Notes under the pieces: generated by a model
Databases searched by the model: none
What the model saw: only the letters and a program-made list of their open reading frames with translations
Told to the model about the DNA's origin: nothing
Program-made: the position numbers and the translations under genes
In this document: positions 44,977-55,506 of the stretch, one piece after another
Position numbering within the stretch: position 1 is the stretch's first letter
Layout of the letters: every line of letters begins with the position of its first letter
DNA from: Bryobacterales bacterium
GTDB lineage: Bacteria > Acidobacteriota > Terriglobia > Bryobacterales > UBA6623
DNA: 64,000 nucleotides
Direction of reading: 5' to 3'
Assembly: GCA_965205085.1 (NCBI GenBank)
Contig: OZ242039.1
Coordinates: forward strand, 357,911 to 421,910

Positions 44977-45770
44977 AGCGAACACACTACCAGAACTGGC
45001 CCTGCCACTCCGGCCAATCGATGTTGCGCTGACCAGCGTCGGCCCGTAGACGGAGCGAAGGTGTCCGCGTCGAGGCCGGGTCGGCTCGGAGCTCCCACTC
45101 CTTGCGCTGGGCTTCGATGCTGCCGGCACCCGGGGTGTTCCCAGTTGAGGGCACGCTCCGTGGTCCTGTCGAAGAGTGTATCCGCTGCCACGTGCAGGGC
45201 CAGCTGTCCGCCGTTGGCCGCCAATGACACAGCATCTGCCCCCGGATTGTTCGGGAGCGTGATTCATCCAGAGTGAATCTCCAGATGCACCCGAGCCCGG
45301 GGCGGAGCTGTGGTGCCGATTGGCAGCAAGACGGTCTGGCTCGTCCTTCGTGATTGGCACAACTATGCACTGGGGGCCCGCTTGGGCCCGCTGTTGCCCG
45401 CATGGTGCCGCTCGTTCGCAACGCCAAGGGGGAACCGCTTCCGCCTGGTGGGCTTGAAGGGGCCCCCTGAAGGAGTGGCGGCCGGAATCGGGCAGCCGGT
45501 TCAGTCCTGGCCATTGCGAGCCGTCCCTGCGGCCACTGCCTCGATTGAGACTGAGCGATCCTCGACCGTTCGCGGCCCAGTTCGGCACACACTGTCCGGG
45601 ACCGTGTAGAGTAGCAGTGTTCCAGGGCGGGGCAGTGCAAGACCGGCTCTCGTGCCGGGTCTGCGAGGTCCAGTTCAGGATGCCCTTGACATGGCATGGG
45701 TCTTTGTGGCATTGTTTCGAGTTTGTCGCTCTAGCTGGGCGAGTCGTCTGGCCAGTTGTCAGCCGTTCGG

Positions 45771-46226
45771 ATGACAGATGCTAGGAAACTGCGGCTCTCG
45801 CTTGAGAGCACCCTCGATAGCGTGGAGGCCGCAGAGTTGATTGTCCAGAGAATGGCGGAAATCAATGGATTCGACGCCGACGAGGTACATGAGATTGGCA
45901 TGGGCGTTCGTGAGATGATGATAAACGCCGTCAAGCACGGAAATGATTTCGAGCCGACCAAAGCTGTCGTGTTCGAAGCGTCGGTTGATGAGGAGGCGTT
46001 TCGGGCCAGCGTTACCGACGAGGGGCCGGGATTCGTCCCGGAGCGAGTTCAGAATCCGCTGAGTGACGATGGCCTGCTGCTGCCGTCCGGACGCGGATTG
46101 TTGATGATGCGAGCGTTCTTTGATGAAGTCGAGATCAGTCCGGTCCGGGGCCGTGGCACGATGGTTCGTCTGGCGAAGTATCGCCTCGCACCGAAGAAAG
46201 GTGAGTCTCAGGAGGAAGATCAATGA
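45771..46226 (+). CDS. anti-sigma regulatory factor, Ser/Thr kinase (RsbW/SpoIIAB-like, HATPase_c)
   Basis: The ATG at 45771 (MTDARKLRL) is preferred over the TTG at 45756. N-box REMMINAVKHG and G-boxes VTDEGPGF and GRGLLMMRAF are typical of RsbW-type kinases. The stop overlaps the next gene (ATGA-type overlap, 46223-46226). Confidence 0.85.
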   Translation: MTDARKLRLSLESTLDSVEAAELIVQRMAEINGFDADEVHEIGMGVREMMINAVKHGNDFEPTKAVVFEASVDEEAFRASVTDEGPGFVPERVQNPLSDDGLLLPSGRGLLMMRAFFDEVEISPVRGRGTMVRLAKYRLAPKKGESQEEDQ

Positions 46227-46564
46227 GTCTATCGATCTCGAGTCGCAATGTTGTTGATGTTACGGTGGTCGACCTGTCAGGTCGCATCACGCTTGGAGAG
46301 GGCTCCGGAAGTCTGCGTTCGACCGTGAGCAATTTGTTGAATACAGGCGTCAAGAAGCTGGTGTTGAACCTTGCCGACGTCAGTTACATCGACAGTTCCG
46401 GTCTAGGCGAACTGGTATCGGCGTACACGACCGCCCAGGGCAAGGGCTGCACTGTGAAGTTGCTGAATGTGCAGGCAAAGGTCCAGGACCTGCTGCAGAT
46501 CACAAAGCTCTATACCGTATTCGAGGCTCACACCGACGAGGCCGAGGCGGTAGCGAGCTTCTAG
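46223..46564 (+). CDS. STAS-domain anti-sigma factor antagonist (RsbV/SpoIIAA-like)
   Basis: 113 aa. VVDLSGRITLGEG and LVLNLADVSYIDSSGLGELV (phosphorylatable Ser in the D-S-S-G-L context) are typical STAS antagonist features. Confidence 0.9.
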   Translation: MSLSISSRNVVDVTVVDLSGRITLGEGSGSLRSTVSNLLNTGVKKLVLNLADVSYIDSSGLGELVSAYTTAQGKGCTVKLLNVQAKVQDLLQITKLYTVFEAHTDEAEAVASF

Positions 46565-46717
46565 GCAGCGTCCACTGAATCGTAGATCGTGTTCGCTGCG
46601 GGCGCGTCGCACCCGTGAAGATAGGTTCCCGACAAGTGGGGTGGTGAGTCTGCCTGGGAGTCGACCCCAGTCAGCCTGGGTGAAGCCAGCGTACCATCGA
46701 GTCGGCGACGGATTCGG

Positions 46718-47341
46718 CTAGAGCAGCACGGAAAACGTCATTGAGAACTCGAGGTTGTTCAGTTTACCGTCAACCCCGGGCAGGTACTTCGAGAAAGGCT
46801 TGCCGGTGACGTGGTTCCGCACGTCGAAACGGATGCCGTACTGCGAAACCTTGAGCTTGATCCCGCCACCGTAGTTGTAGCCGAACTTCGTGTCGGCCCG
46901 GCCCGAAAACGCAGACACTCCCGGAAGGAAGAACGACGAGAATCCGCCACCCCCCGTTACAAACGGTCGGATCACCGTCTCGGTCGGTGTCGCGTGGGCC
47001 ACCAGGTTGTAGTACATGTGGTGAGCATTGACGGTGCCGAAATCGGTGGAAGTACTACCCCCTTCCATAGACTCCAGGTAGCCGAGACTCGCACGCTGGT
47101 AGGAATATGCCAGTTCGTGGCCGATGAAGGCACGTGAGTTGAACGCCATGCGTGCCCCAATGCGAATCCCATTCGAAAGGGTGTATTCCTCGGAGTCTCC
47201 GGGACGGACTAAATCCCTGATGCCCAGCGATTTGTCGGCAAGTACACCATAGCCTCCCGATATGCCCAGTTCGGCGGACTGCGGTAGAGCGGGGATCGCC
47301 AGTACGGCGACCCCGATACCGAGTCGAAAGACTGTCTTCAT
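46718..47341 (-). CDS. outer-membrane beta-barrel protein (OmpA-like/porin-type 8-stranded barrel family)
   Basis: Start placed at MKTVFRLGIGVAVLAIPALPQSA (signal). It shows alternating aromatic/Gly beta-strand patterns (GISGGYGV, FIGHELAYSYQ, FGYNYGGGIKLKV, YGIRFDVRNH). Confidence 0.75.
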   Translation of the reverse strand: MKTVFRLGIGVAVLAIPALPQSAELGISGGYGVLADKSLGIRDLVRPGDSEEYTLSNGIRIGARMAFNSRAFIGHELAYSYQRASLGYLESMEGGSTSTDFGTVNAHHMYYNLVAHATPTETVIRPFVTGGGGFSSFFLPGVSAFSGRADTKFGYNYGGGIKLKVSQYGIRFDVRNHVTGKPFSKYLPGVDGKLNNLEFSMTFSVLL

Positions 47342-47576
47342 CACATGCTTCTGGGGCATGTCCCCATCATAGCCGGACCGGAATTTCCACCTTGGCATCG
47401 GAAGCGGCCCATCCGGCATCCGGCGCATCCGATGTCGTTCCGGACCGCCACCCGGTTGAGGCCTGATAGTACGCCTGCGGTTGAGACCCCGGGTGTTGGC
47501 TGGTCAGAGTGGACCCTGGGGCGCATCGAAGGAATCCGTGGAGCGACTTGTCGATCAGGCTCCGGACAGAGACCGG

Positions 47577-47966
47577 TCAGCGATACTCGACGAACTCGAT
47601 CGTGTGGCCGTCCGGGTCGCTGCAGAAGGCCTGGCTCATGCCAAGCCGTTCGTTTTCTCCGAGCGCGAACGCGATGTTGCATTCCGTGAGGCGGGCCTTG
47701 ACGACTTCGAGATCCTCCACTTCCATCGCCAGATGGTCGGAGCGACTGATCTGGTCACGGACCGTACGGCCGGCCTTCCTGTCCTCGATCAGGTGGATTT
47801 GGCGGTCCCCTACCGCTAGCCAGGTGCCTGGGAAGCCGAAAGCCGGCCTCAGGGCCTCGGGCAACCCAAGGACATCGCAAAAGAACTGCCTGGATGCGTC
47901 AAGATCGGCTACGGCGAACGAGACGTGGTGGATCCGTTTCAATCCGATTCGATCCATACGGATCAT
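47577..47966 (-). CDS. VOC/glyoxalase-family protein
   Basis: Start placed at MIRMDRIGLKRIHHVSFAVADLDASRQFFCDVLGL. A later block HLAMEVEDLEVVKARL...DPDGHTIEF completes the paired beta-alpha-beta-beta-beta VOC motif. The upstream 108 codons of the track ORF look non-coding. Confidence 0.85.
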   Translation of the reverse strand: MIRMDRIGLKRIHHVSFAVADLDASRQFFCDVLGLPEALRPAFGFPGTWLAVGDRQIHLIEDRKAGRTVRDQISRSDHLAMEVEDLEVVKARLTECNIAFALGENERLGMSQAFCSDPDGHTIEFVEYR

Positions 47967-49290
47967 TGTAGTGCGCAAAGGCTGCACCCGGCGGACCGCG
48001 CCCTGTACAACGTCGCTGGCTTGCGGGTCGTTTCGAAGCGAGTGGCTGACCAGCCGGCGTTGAAGGAGGCATGCTGTCGGACCGGGATCTGCAGCGGGGC
48101 CTGGCGAATCTCGGGGAGGTGACGCCGGTTGCCGACAGCAATCGTGGGCTGATCTGCAACTGTGTGCAACCGAGATAGTCCTTGCACCACTTGGGACCGG
48201 GTCGACTGGACTCCGCGGCTGCTGCTCGCAGCCTTGGTCCGCGGACCGCTCCACTGGATGCTGGATGCAGCCCGCAGTCGAGGCTGACATCGATCACGCC
48301 TCTACAGTGTCGTTCAGCACGAGGCACGCCGGAGCCCCAAGGAGTACTTCCGGCTCCTCTGGGTCGCGAGCCGCAACGAGGGCCGCCAGTTCGGTGCCGC
48401 CGATGACCTGCGCCAAGGCCGTACCCTTGACAGCGTGACCGCACGGCGTGTCAGTGGATCGAACGTCTCGCCGACACAGGCCGGACGGCGACCTCTTGCC
48501 CCACGGGAGGCGAGGCTCCAAGCCAAGCCCGTTCGCACTTCCCAGTGCACCCGGCACCTCCAACTGCCTCGTCAGCCTGTTCTCTGCTCGGAGCAAGGCG
48601 GTCTCGACTGGGACCTGGAAATTCTCACCCTTCCGGGGTGCCAAACACGGCTAGCAGTCGTAGCGCCTGCCTTCGCCTCGCTGCCGTGAAGCTAGTCCCC
48701 ATTCTCACGAGCGTCGCTGCGGACTCACCACGGTCTGCTCGAACAAGACATCGCGTCTTCCACTCCCTCTCTTCGGCCCCCAGTACCCGCTAGTGCCTGA
48801 TACCTCGGGAGTTGCGACACACCGTCCTTCAGAGCGCACTCGCCATGGTCTGTCAGCTACTGGCGTTGCAGTTCGCCCTGCAGATTCAGCAGCATGCGCT
48901 GGTGGCGGTGGAGTCTGGATGGGGATGGGCAAGTCAGGTTCCCGCACCGCAGCCAGTGCGGTGATGAAGTTCGTCTAGAATCGAAACGGGGGGCTGCCCT
49001 GAGGCGCGTGACAACGGCGAATGCGAGTTGCTGTCCTCACCGAGCCGATCCCGTCGTCGCCGGAGGTGCTGCGACGAGGACTTCCGCATGGGGCGAAACA
49101 ATCCGATTCAACAGGACGGACGGCTGCCACTTGCGAGGACGGCCGGCGGGTGCCCCACCTGCCGCACCCTGTTTCGATGTGCGGTGTCCCGGGTTTCGTG
49201 GGTGGCCGGTTGAATACCACTGGCTGCGTCGGTATCATCAAATGACATGCTCGGGTCGGCCACAGCCGAGCCCGAATGAAGGAGAATCGC

Positions 49291-49815
49291 ATGGGCCCGC
49301 TAGGTATGGGGGAAATCGTTGTTCTGTTCATCTTGGCCTTGCTGATCTTCGGACCCAAGAAACTACCGGAACTAGGCAAGACCTTCGGCAAGGGTATGGC
49401 GGAGTTCAAGCGCGCCTCGAATGAACTCAAGACGACCTTCCAGCGCGAGATCGACAATATCGAGGATGAAACGAAGGAAGTGAAGAATCTCGCGCGGGAC
49501 GCCAGCAAGGACATCAACACCAGTTACTACGACGACTACGAAGACGATTACTACAACGGCTACGACTACGGGTCCAGTTCGAAGGCCTCGACAGCGTCGA
49601 CCTCGGACGATGCAGCGGCAGGCGAGACTGACAAGGATTCTGCATCGGCATCGGACCAGCAACAGCGGCAGGAGTCCGACAACGGGTCGGGCCGTTCCGG
49701 GGAATCCGCACCACCGGTCACCGCAGAGGATTCGATTGTGGAAACGGGATCTCGGAGTGAGGCTGTCTCAGGTCTGCCGCAGACCGAAGCTGCTGCGGTA
49801 TCAAATTCATCCTAA
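49291..49815 (+). CDS. tatA: Sec-independent translocase component TatA/TatB family, with long acidic tail
   Basis: MGPLGMGEIVVLFILALLIFGPKKLPELGKTFGKGMAEFKRA is the canonical TatA/E/B N-terminus. AAGGAG lies 6 nt upstream of this ATG and sits inside the longer track ORF that starts at 49276. About 120 residues of Asp/Ser/Tyr/Glu-rich tail follow. Confidence 0.9.
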   Translation: MGPLGMGEIVVLFILALLIFGPKKLPELGKTFGKGMAEFKRASNELKTTFQREIDNIEDETKEVKNLARDASKDINTSYYDDYEDDYYNGYDYGSSSKASTASTSDDAAAGETDKDSASASDQQQRQESDNGSGRSGESAPPVTAEDSIVETGSRSEAVSGLPQTEAAAVSNSS

Positions 49816-49879
49816 GTGATTTCTGTACAATTCAGTGCGCTAGGAATTCCCGGCTAACACTCGAGACTTGAGTCGACCT

Positions 49880-51022
49880 ATGAGTTCGGAAAGCAAGGAG
49901 TCGCCCCCCCGTGACTCGGAAACCGGACGCGAACCCGAATCGCCGGTCACCAGCGATTCGGCCGTCCGTTCGGATGACGGCTCGATCTACGACGACCCGT
50001 ACTCTGACGAGTCGGATCAGTTGTTCGACGACCCTCACGCAACGGTGCCGGACGGCAGCGTCGCTGGCGCGCCTGGGGCCGAGACTGGAGGGGGTGGGTC
50101 CGGCTCGACAGGCGAACCGCCTCCCACGGACTCCGACGATGACGACATGGCCCGCATGTCCTTTCTCGAGCACCTCGAGGAACTTCGAACGCGTATCCTG
50201 AGAGCGCTGGGCGGCCTGCTCGTCGTCTACCTCTTGTGCCTGACGTTCGCAAAAGACTTGCTCAGATTTGTGCTAACACCCTTCTACGCAGCCGTCGAAG
50301 GGATCGTGACAAAATCGGGCGACCCGATCAAGATCATCAATATCAACCCCTTGGAACAGTTCAAGGTCATCTATATCAAGGTTCCTCTTGTCGCCGCGGT
50401 TTTCCTTGGGGCTCCCTGGTTGATGTACCAGGCCTGGCAGTTCATCGCGCCAGGCCTGTACAGGCGGGAAAAAAAGTGGGCAGTGCCCTTCATATTCATC
50501 ACTGCGAGCCTGTTCATTCTGGGTGGAGCGTTCTGCTACTTCGTGGCCTTGCGGGTTACGCTACAGTTCCTGCTAACACTGTCCATCGATCAGATCGAGC
50601 CGTACATTTCTGTAAGCGAGTATTTGAATCTGTTCATCATCCTCGAGATCGGCCTAGGGCTTGTCTTTCAGCTGCCGGTCCTCATATTCTTCCTGACCCT
50701 GCTTAGGCTAACGTCGCCCAGCTTCCTGCTCCGCAATGTGCGTTATGCCGTGTTGATCATGTTCGTGGCAGCCGCGATCATCACGCCTACGGGGGATCCG
50801 TTCACGATGACCCTCTTTGCCGGGCCGATGATCCTCCTGTACTTCGTCGGAATCGGGGCCAGCTGGCTGCTGGTGCTGCGACGCCAGGGCAGGACGCTGC
50901 CATGGCTCCGGATACTGGTCGTTCTGCTGGTCTTCTTCGGGATGATCGCAGGGATTATTGCGTACATGTGCCTTTACCACGGATACGGATTCAGTGCAGA
51001 GTTTCCATGGTTCGGCAGGTAG
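49880..51022 (+). CDS. tatC: Sec-independent translocase TatC with ~90-residue acidic N-terminal extension
   Basis: The core begins MSFLEHLEELRTRILRALGGLLV and has 6 TM segments typical of TatC. The in-frame upstream extension (MSSESKESPPRDSETG...DSDDDD) has GC-rich third codon positions, so it looks coding. The alternative start is at 50146. Confidence 0.9.
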   Translation: MSSESKESPPRDSETGREPESPVTSDSAVRSDDGSIYDDPYSDESDQLFDDPHATVPDGSVAGAPGAETGGGGSGSTGEPPPTDSDDDDMARMSFLEHLEELRTRILRALGGLLVVYLLCLTFAKDLLRFVLTPFYAAVEGIVTKSGDPIKIININPLEQFKVIYIKVPLVAAVFLGAPWLMYQAWQFIAPGLYRREKKWAVPFIFITASLFILGGAFCYFVALRVTLQFLLTLSIDQIEPYISVSEYLNLFIILEIGLGLVFQLPVLIFFLTLLRLTSPSFLLRNVRYAVLIMFVAAAIITPTGDPFTMTLFAGPMILLYFVGIGASWLLVLRRQGRTLPWLRILVVLLVFFGMIAGIIAYMCLYHGYGFSAEFPWFGR

Positions 51023-51540
51023 CTGGCGTTTGAGGGGCCTTGGCTGCACCGTGGGCGGTCGCACCGTGGGCGGACGGTCGTGGTGGGAGCTTGGTCTGCT
51101 GGCGGGACTTGAGTTGGACCCGATTCCGAAACGGATGCGGGTTGCTCGTTTGCGGAACTGAGAGGCTCTTGCCTGTGTCCCGATGGGCAACGGGGCGTTC
51201 CTCCCGGCCTGGGCCCCTCCTATGGGGAGTATCGAACCCAAAGCGAGCTTGGGCCCAACGCAGCCGGGTGTTCCAGAGTCTTGAGATAGAGTGTTGCCCC
51301 GCCGAAAGCCGATCGGGACGGGTTCGGTCGACAGCGGCCGAACGGGTTCGACAGCCGAGGGCGTGAGTGCGTTCAGCGTGCACGTGGGGTTGATCGGAGG
51401 ACTCGCAGGATCGTCCCAGACTGGCCAGTGGAGCCCGCCACTCAATGATCTGGAGGACACACCAAGCGTTGGGCTTCAAGTGATCAGTGTCCGAGGCCAC
51501 GCTGCCGGGGCGATCCAGGCCGGGAGACAGGGGACTGATG

Positions 51541-52833
51541 CTATGGGGTGGCGGCAGCGGACTGTCTGGGCGTGTATCGCTCGGACACGTAAGTGTTGAG
51601 AATATCGATGAATTCCAATACGATCCGGTCACCACGCAAGGTTCGGTACAGGCGCCCGTCGACATAGACAGGTGCCACCGGTTCCTCGAACGTTCCGGGG
51701 AGTGATATGCCGATATCCGCGTGTTTCGACTCCCCCGGTCCGTTTACGACGCAGCCCATGACGGCCACATCCATGGTCTCGACGCCCTCGTAGCGGCCTT
51801 TCCACGTCGGCATCTGAGCCCGCAGGTAAGATGCGATCTCTTCGGCCATTTCCTGGAAGAAGGTGCTGGTAGTGCGGCCACATCCAGGACAGGCGGTGAC
51901 CTGCGGCGTGAAGTGGCGAATGGCCAACGACTGCAGCATCTGTTTGGCGACCTCAACCTCCTCGCATCGGTCCCCATTGGGCTGCGGAGTAAGCGAGACC
52001 CTGATCGTATCGCCGATCCCATCCTGAAGCAGGACTGCCATACCGGCTGTCGACGCGACGATCCCCTTCGTTCCCATGCCGGCCTCTGTCAGGCCTAGGT
52101 GGAGCGGATAGTTGCACCGGTCGGAGAGCTTCCGATAAACGGCAATCAGGTCTTGGACGCTCGACACCTTTGCGCTCAAGATGATCCTGTCATGAGCGAG
52201 ACCGTACCCCTCCGCTGCCTCGGCTGAGCGAAGAGCACTCAGGACGATGGTCTCACGCATGACCTCGGCCGCACCCCAGGGCCTAGGGCGCTTGGCATTC
52301 TCGTCCATCTGACTCGTCAGCAACTGCTGGTCGAGGGAACCCCAGTTCACGCCAATTCGAACGGGTTTGCCGTGGTCCAGGGCCACCTGGATCATCGTCC
52401 GGAAATTGTCGTCATGTTTCTTGCCGATATCGACGTTTCCGGGATTGATCCGGAACTTGGCCAATGACCGCGCGCACTCGGGGTACGTGCGCAGCAGAAT
52501 ATGGCCGTTGTAGTGGAAGTCGCCCACGATCGGAGCCTCGCAGCCGAAATCTTGAAGAGTCTGGACGATCGTGGGGACTGCCTGTGCGGCAGCGTCGTGA
52601 TTGACGGTGATGCGAACCAGTTCCGAACCGGCTTGGGCGAGTGCCAGCGCCTGATTCACCGTTGCCGCCGTATCGGCGGTATCGGTGTTGGTCATGGACT
52701 GGACTACGATCGGATTGTCGCCGCCGACATGAACCCCAGCGACGGAGCAGGTTACCGTGCGCTTTCTGGAAATCGCCACTTGAGGGGGGAGGGCAAGGCC
52801 CTCGTTCATTGAGTCTATCAGTGCCTCGCGCAT
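51541..52833 (-). CDS. ispG: 4-hydroxy-3-methylbut-2-en-1-yl diphosphate synthase
   Basis: 430 aa. Blocks [23 protein letters not shown] and the Cys triad context (TACPGCGRT ... [10 protein letters not shown]) are diagnostic of IspG/GcpE. Confidence 0.95.
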   Translation of the reverse strand: MREALIDSMNEGLALPPQVAISRKRTVTCSVAGVHVGGDNPIVVQSMTNTDTADTAATVNQALALAQAGSELVRITVNHDAAAQAVPTIVQTLQDFGCEAPIVGDFHYNGHILLRTYPECARSLAKFRINPGNVDIGKKHDDNFRTMIQVALDHGKPVRIGVNWGSLDQQLLTSQMDENAKRPRPWGAAEVMRETIVLSALRSAEAAEGYGLAHDRIILSAKVSSVQDLIAVYRKLSDRCNYPLHLGLTEAGMGTKGIVASTAGMAVLLQDGIGDTIRVSLTPQPNGDRCEEVEVAKQMLQSLAIRHFTPQVTACPGCGRTTSTFFQEMAEEIASYLRAQMPTWKGRYEGVETMDVAVMGCVVNGPGESKHADIGISLPGTFEEPVAPVYVDGRLYRTLRGDRIVLEFIDILNTYVSERYTPRQSAAATP

Positions 52834-52838
52834 CCCGG

Positions 52839-54713
52839 TTAGCGGATGAGAGCCAAGGTTAGAGCCGGCACGTATGTGATCAGCAGGACGCCTGCAAAGA
52901 GAATGGCCAGGAAGGGAAGGATCGAGGCGTAGACTCGGGTGAGAGGCACCTCGAACCGGTACGAGGACAGGAAAAGGTTGAGGCCTACCGGTGGTGTCAG
53001 GTATCCGAGTTCGAGATTCGCCAGGAAGATGATGCCGAGATGGACGGGATCAACCCCGTAGGCCACGCCCATCGGAGCGATCAGTGGGACCACCACCAGG
53101 ATTGCGGAGAAAATATCCATCATGCATCCGACGATCAGGAGCACAATGTTCAGGACCAGCAGGAACAGGTACTTGGATTCGATATGGGACTGCACCCATT
53201 CCAGGGCCTGGTCCGGAACCTGTGCGTCGATCAGGTAGTTCGTGAATCCGAGAGCGACCCCGAGAATGAGCAGGACTCCACCCACCAGCGTGGCGCACTC
53301 TGCGAACACCCCCGGCAACTGTTTGCGGACCGACAGATCGCGATACACAAGGCACTCGACGACGAACGAGTAGATCACCGTAACGGCCGCTGCCTCCACG
53401 AGGGTGACGATCCCACCGAAAATCCCGCCCACGACCACCAATGGAAGCAACAGCTCCCACTTGGCTGACATGACGGCGTCCCGTGCTTCTGAAAGGCTGA
53501 AGCGACGCCGCTCGCGCTGCGCCGAGGACCCATGGACCACGCCCCACAACGCAACCAGTCCAACCAGCAGGAGGCCAGGCAGGAAGCCACCCAGAAACAG
53601 CTCGCTGATCGGTGTTCGTGAGTACACACCGTAGAGAATGATGGCGAGACTGGGTGGGAACAGCAGGCCGATCGATCCTGAGGCTGTCACCAGACCGAGT
53701 GAGAACTTGCGGGAGTATTGGGACTTGACCAGCACGGGCAAGAGAAGTCCTCCAAGAGACAGGATGGTCACACCTGAGGCTCCAGTGAAGGAAGTGAAGA
53801 ATGCGAAAGCGAAGGCGGTCGTAATGGCGAGACCGCCCGGCAGCCAGCCGAGGAGGGCGGAGAAGACCCGCACCAGACGTCGGCTGGCCCCCCCCTCGGC
53901 AAGGATGTAGCCTCCCAGTGTGAATAGCGGGATTGCAGGCAACAGGGGCTGACCCGACAGTTGGTAAGTCGCTAGCGGGACCGCCGACACCGGGGTGTAT
54001 TCGAACCAGAACAGCAGGGCTGCCAGTCCGCCGATCACGGCGAAGATCGGCAGTCCCAACAGTGCTCCTCCAAGGAGAGCGATGACGCCGAACTCGAGGA
54101 CCGGGAGGTCGGACAAGCCCTCCCAGAAGCCCAGTGCCACCGGGACTGCGCCGCCAGCGATAGCAATGATTCTTGTGACGACGGAATCTGAGCACTTCAG
54201 GGCCATTCGGATGGCGATGACTGCGAATCCGGGAACCATCGCCGAAACGAAGAGCCAAACCGGCAGGCCGAATGCGACGATATCCCCGGCCTCGCGTTCG
54301 ACCATCGCAAACGTCCAGGCACCGTACGCGAGACAGACGCAAACGGCGACGCCCACGAAGGCCGTAGCTGCTCGCCCCGGAGCTCGCAGCCATTCCGGCA
54401 GGAACGTTGCGGTGGAAAGTGCCAGCAGCCGACCTTGCCGGGCCGCCAGTGCCCCTCCCGCGATCGCGATGAGGAGGGTGAGGTGCTGGACCAGGGGAAT
54501 GGAGCCGGGAATGAGGTTCCCGACCCCTGCCAGCCGAGCCGCTCCCTCTGCTAGTGGTAAGATCGTGGCAAGCGCCAGAAAAACTATCGATGCCGAATCT
54601 TCGGCACTGTGCCAAGGTCGGTCCGTCTTCGTTCGGGGGGCGGGTGCGGTCGGGGATTGCGCGGTCATTATTGGGCGGCCCCTGCCCGGACCCGAGGCAA
54701 GTAGCGTTCGCAC
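52839..54713 (-). CDS. TRAP transporter, fused small (DctQ-like) + large (DctM-like) permease
   Basis: 624 aa and highly hydrophobic throughout. An N-terminal region of about 180 aa with 4 TM segments precedes a DctM-type 12-TM body ([61 protein letters not shown]). The start could be the internal MTAQSPT (54668). Confidence 0.88.
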   Translation of the reverse strand: MRTLLASGPGRGRPIMTAQSPTAPAPRTKTDRPWHSAEDSASIVFLALATILPLAEGAARLAGVGNLIPGSIPLVQHLTLLIAIAGGALAARQGRLLALSTATFLPEWLRAPGRAATAFVGVAVCVCLAYGAWTFAMVEREAGDIVAFGLPVWLFVSAMVPGFAVIAIRMALKCSDSVVTRIIAIAGGAVPVALGFWEGLSDLPVLEFGVIALLGGALLGLPIFAVIGGLAALLFWFEYTPVSAVPLATYQLSGQPLLPAIPLFTLGGYILAEGGASRRLVRVFSALLGWLPGGLAITTAFAFAFFTSFTGASGVTILSLGGLLLPVLVKSQYSRKFSLGLVTASGSIGLLFPPSLAIILYGVYSRTPISELFLGGFLPGLLLVGLVALWGVVHGSSAQRERRRFSLSEARDAVMSAKWELLLPLVVVGGIFGGIVTLVEAAAVTVIYSFVVECLVYRDLSVRKQLPGVFAECATLVGGVLLILGVALGFTNYLIDAQVPDQALEWVQSHIESKYLFLLVLNIVLLIVGCMMDIFSAILVVVPLIAPMGVAYGVDPVHLGIIFLANLELGYLTPPVGLNLFLSSYRFEVPLTRVYASILPFLAILFAGVLLITYVPALTLALIR

Positions 54714-55506
54714 TCCCAGCGTACAGGATTGCTCTCAGTTCGCACTGAGGACCTGGTGCTGGCGGGTATGGGCGGGATCTGGACTCGGTGGGGTGCCCTT
54801 GGCGCGAGATGCCGTATCCATTCTGGTTTCGGGGCCCCACCGAATATCGAAATCCGACAGCGGGAATGAAGGGTTCGGAGCCAGCGGCCCGTTCATGGGG
54901 CCGCTGTCAGGGTGCAGGTCTTGGGGGCCGCACTTACTGTAGTGGCGGTTCCGCAGCCCCCAGAACGGCCGTCGATGCCGACGTAGAGGAACGGGCGCTG
55001 TCTGCCAGAGGCGGGGTTGGATGGCTGGCGAGCCCGGTCGGTTCCCTCGGCTGACACCGTGCCGGGGGCCAGGACCCTGGACATCGGGTCCTTGCAAGGG
55101 CGGGTTGGCCCGTCGCAGCTGGCGTTGAATCCCTCAAGCAGGAATTGAGCGGCGATAGTAATGGCCGAGGCACCCTCCTGTTGGCTGGTTCAAGGCATGG
55201 ACCGGGCAGCGCTCTTCGCACTCTACATGACGTTATGAGTGAGGCATGAGACTTTCTCCCTTACGACTGACCAATCCAGGCACTGGCCCGATACGTGGCA
55301 CCGGACTTCCTCATGCAAGCGGAGAATCCCCCACTCCTCTTCTGTACCGTGACCGGTCTTCCAGCCGTCCCGATGCTGGTCCGGCTCGTCTGGCGCCGGT
55401 CATGGAAGAGGGCTTCGACGCGATCGAAGTCCGTTTGACAGTTCCGGGTAGATCGAGTGGGAGGAAGGTGGAGCGGATTCGAGGGGGGTGTCTGAGAAGC
55501 GAGTTA

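Noticed and set aside
48294-48644. A 116-aa minus-strand ORF whose C-terminal third (ALAQVIGGTELAALVAARDPEEPEVLLGAPACLVLNDTVEA) looks protein-like.
   Set aside because: The N-terminal two thirds are low-complexity. No start context or family signature was found. It may be a gene fragment but cannot be supported.
51150-51260. A tRNA-like T-arm string on the minus strand (gggttcgatactcccc).
   Set aside because: The T-stem halves are not complementary (ttggg versus ctccc). No acceptor, D or anticodon arms could be drawn.
54735-55221. Minus-strand ORFs upstream of the TRAP permease were considered as candidates for the missing solute-binding protein.
   Set aside because: The translations are Pro/Arg-rich (for example PGPRHGVSRGNRPGSPAIQPRLW). 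They lack a signal peptide and any DctP- or TAXI-like block.
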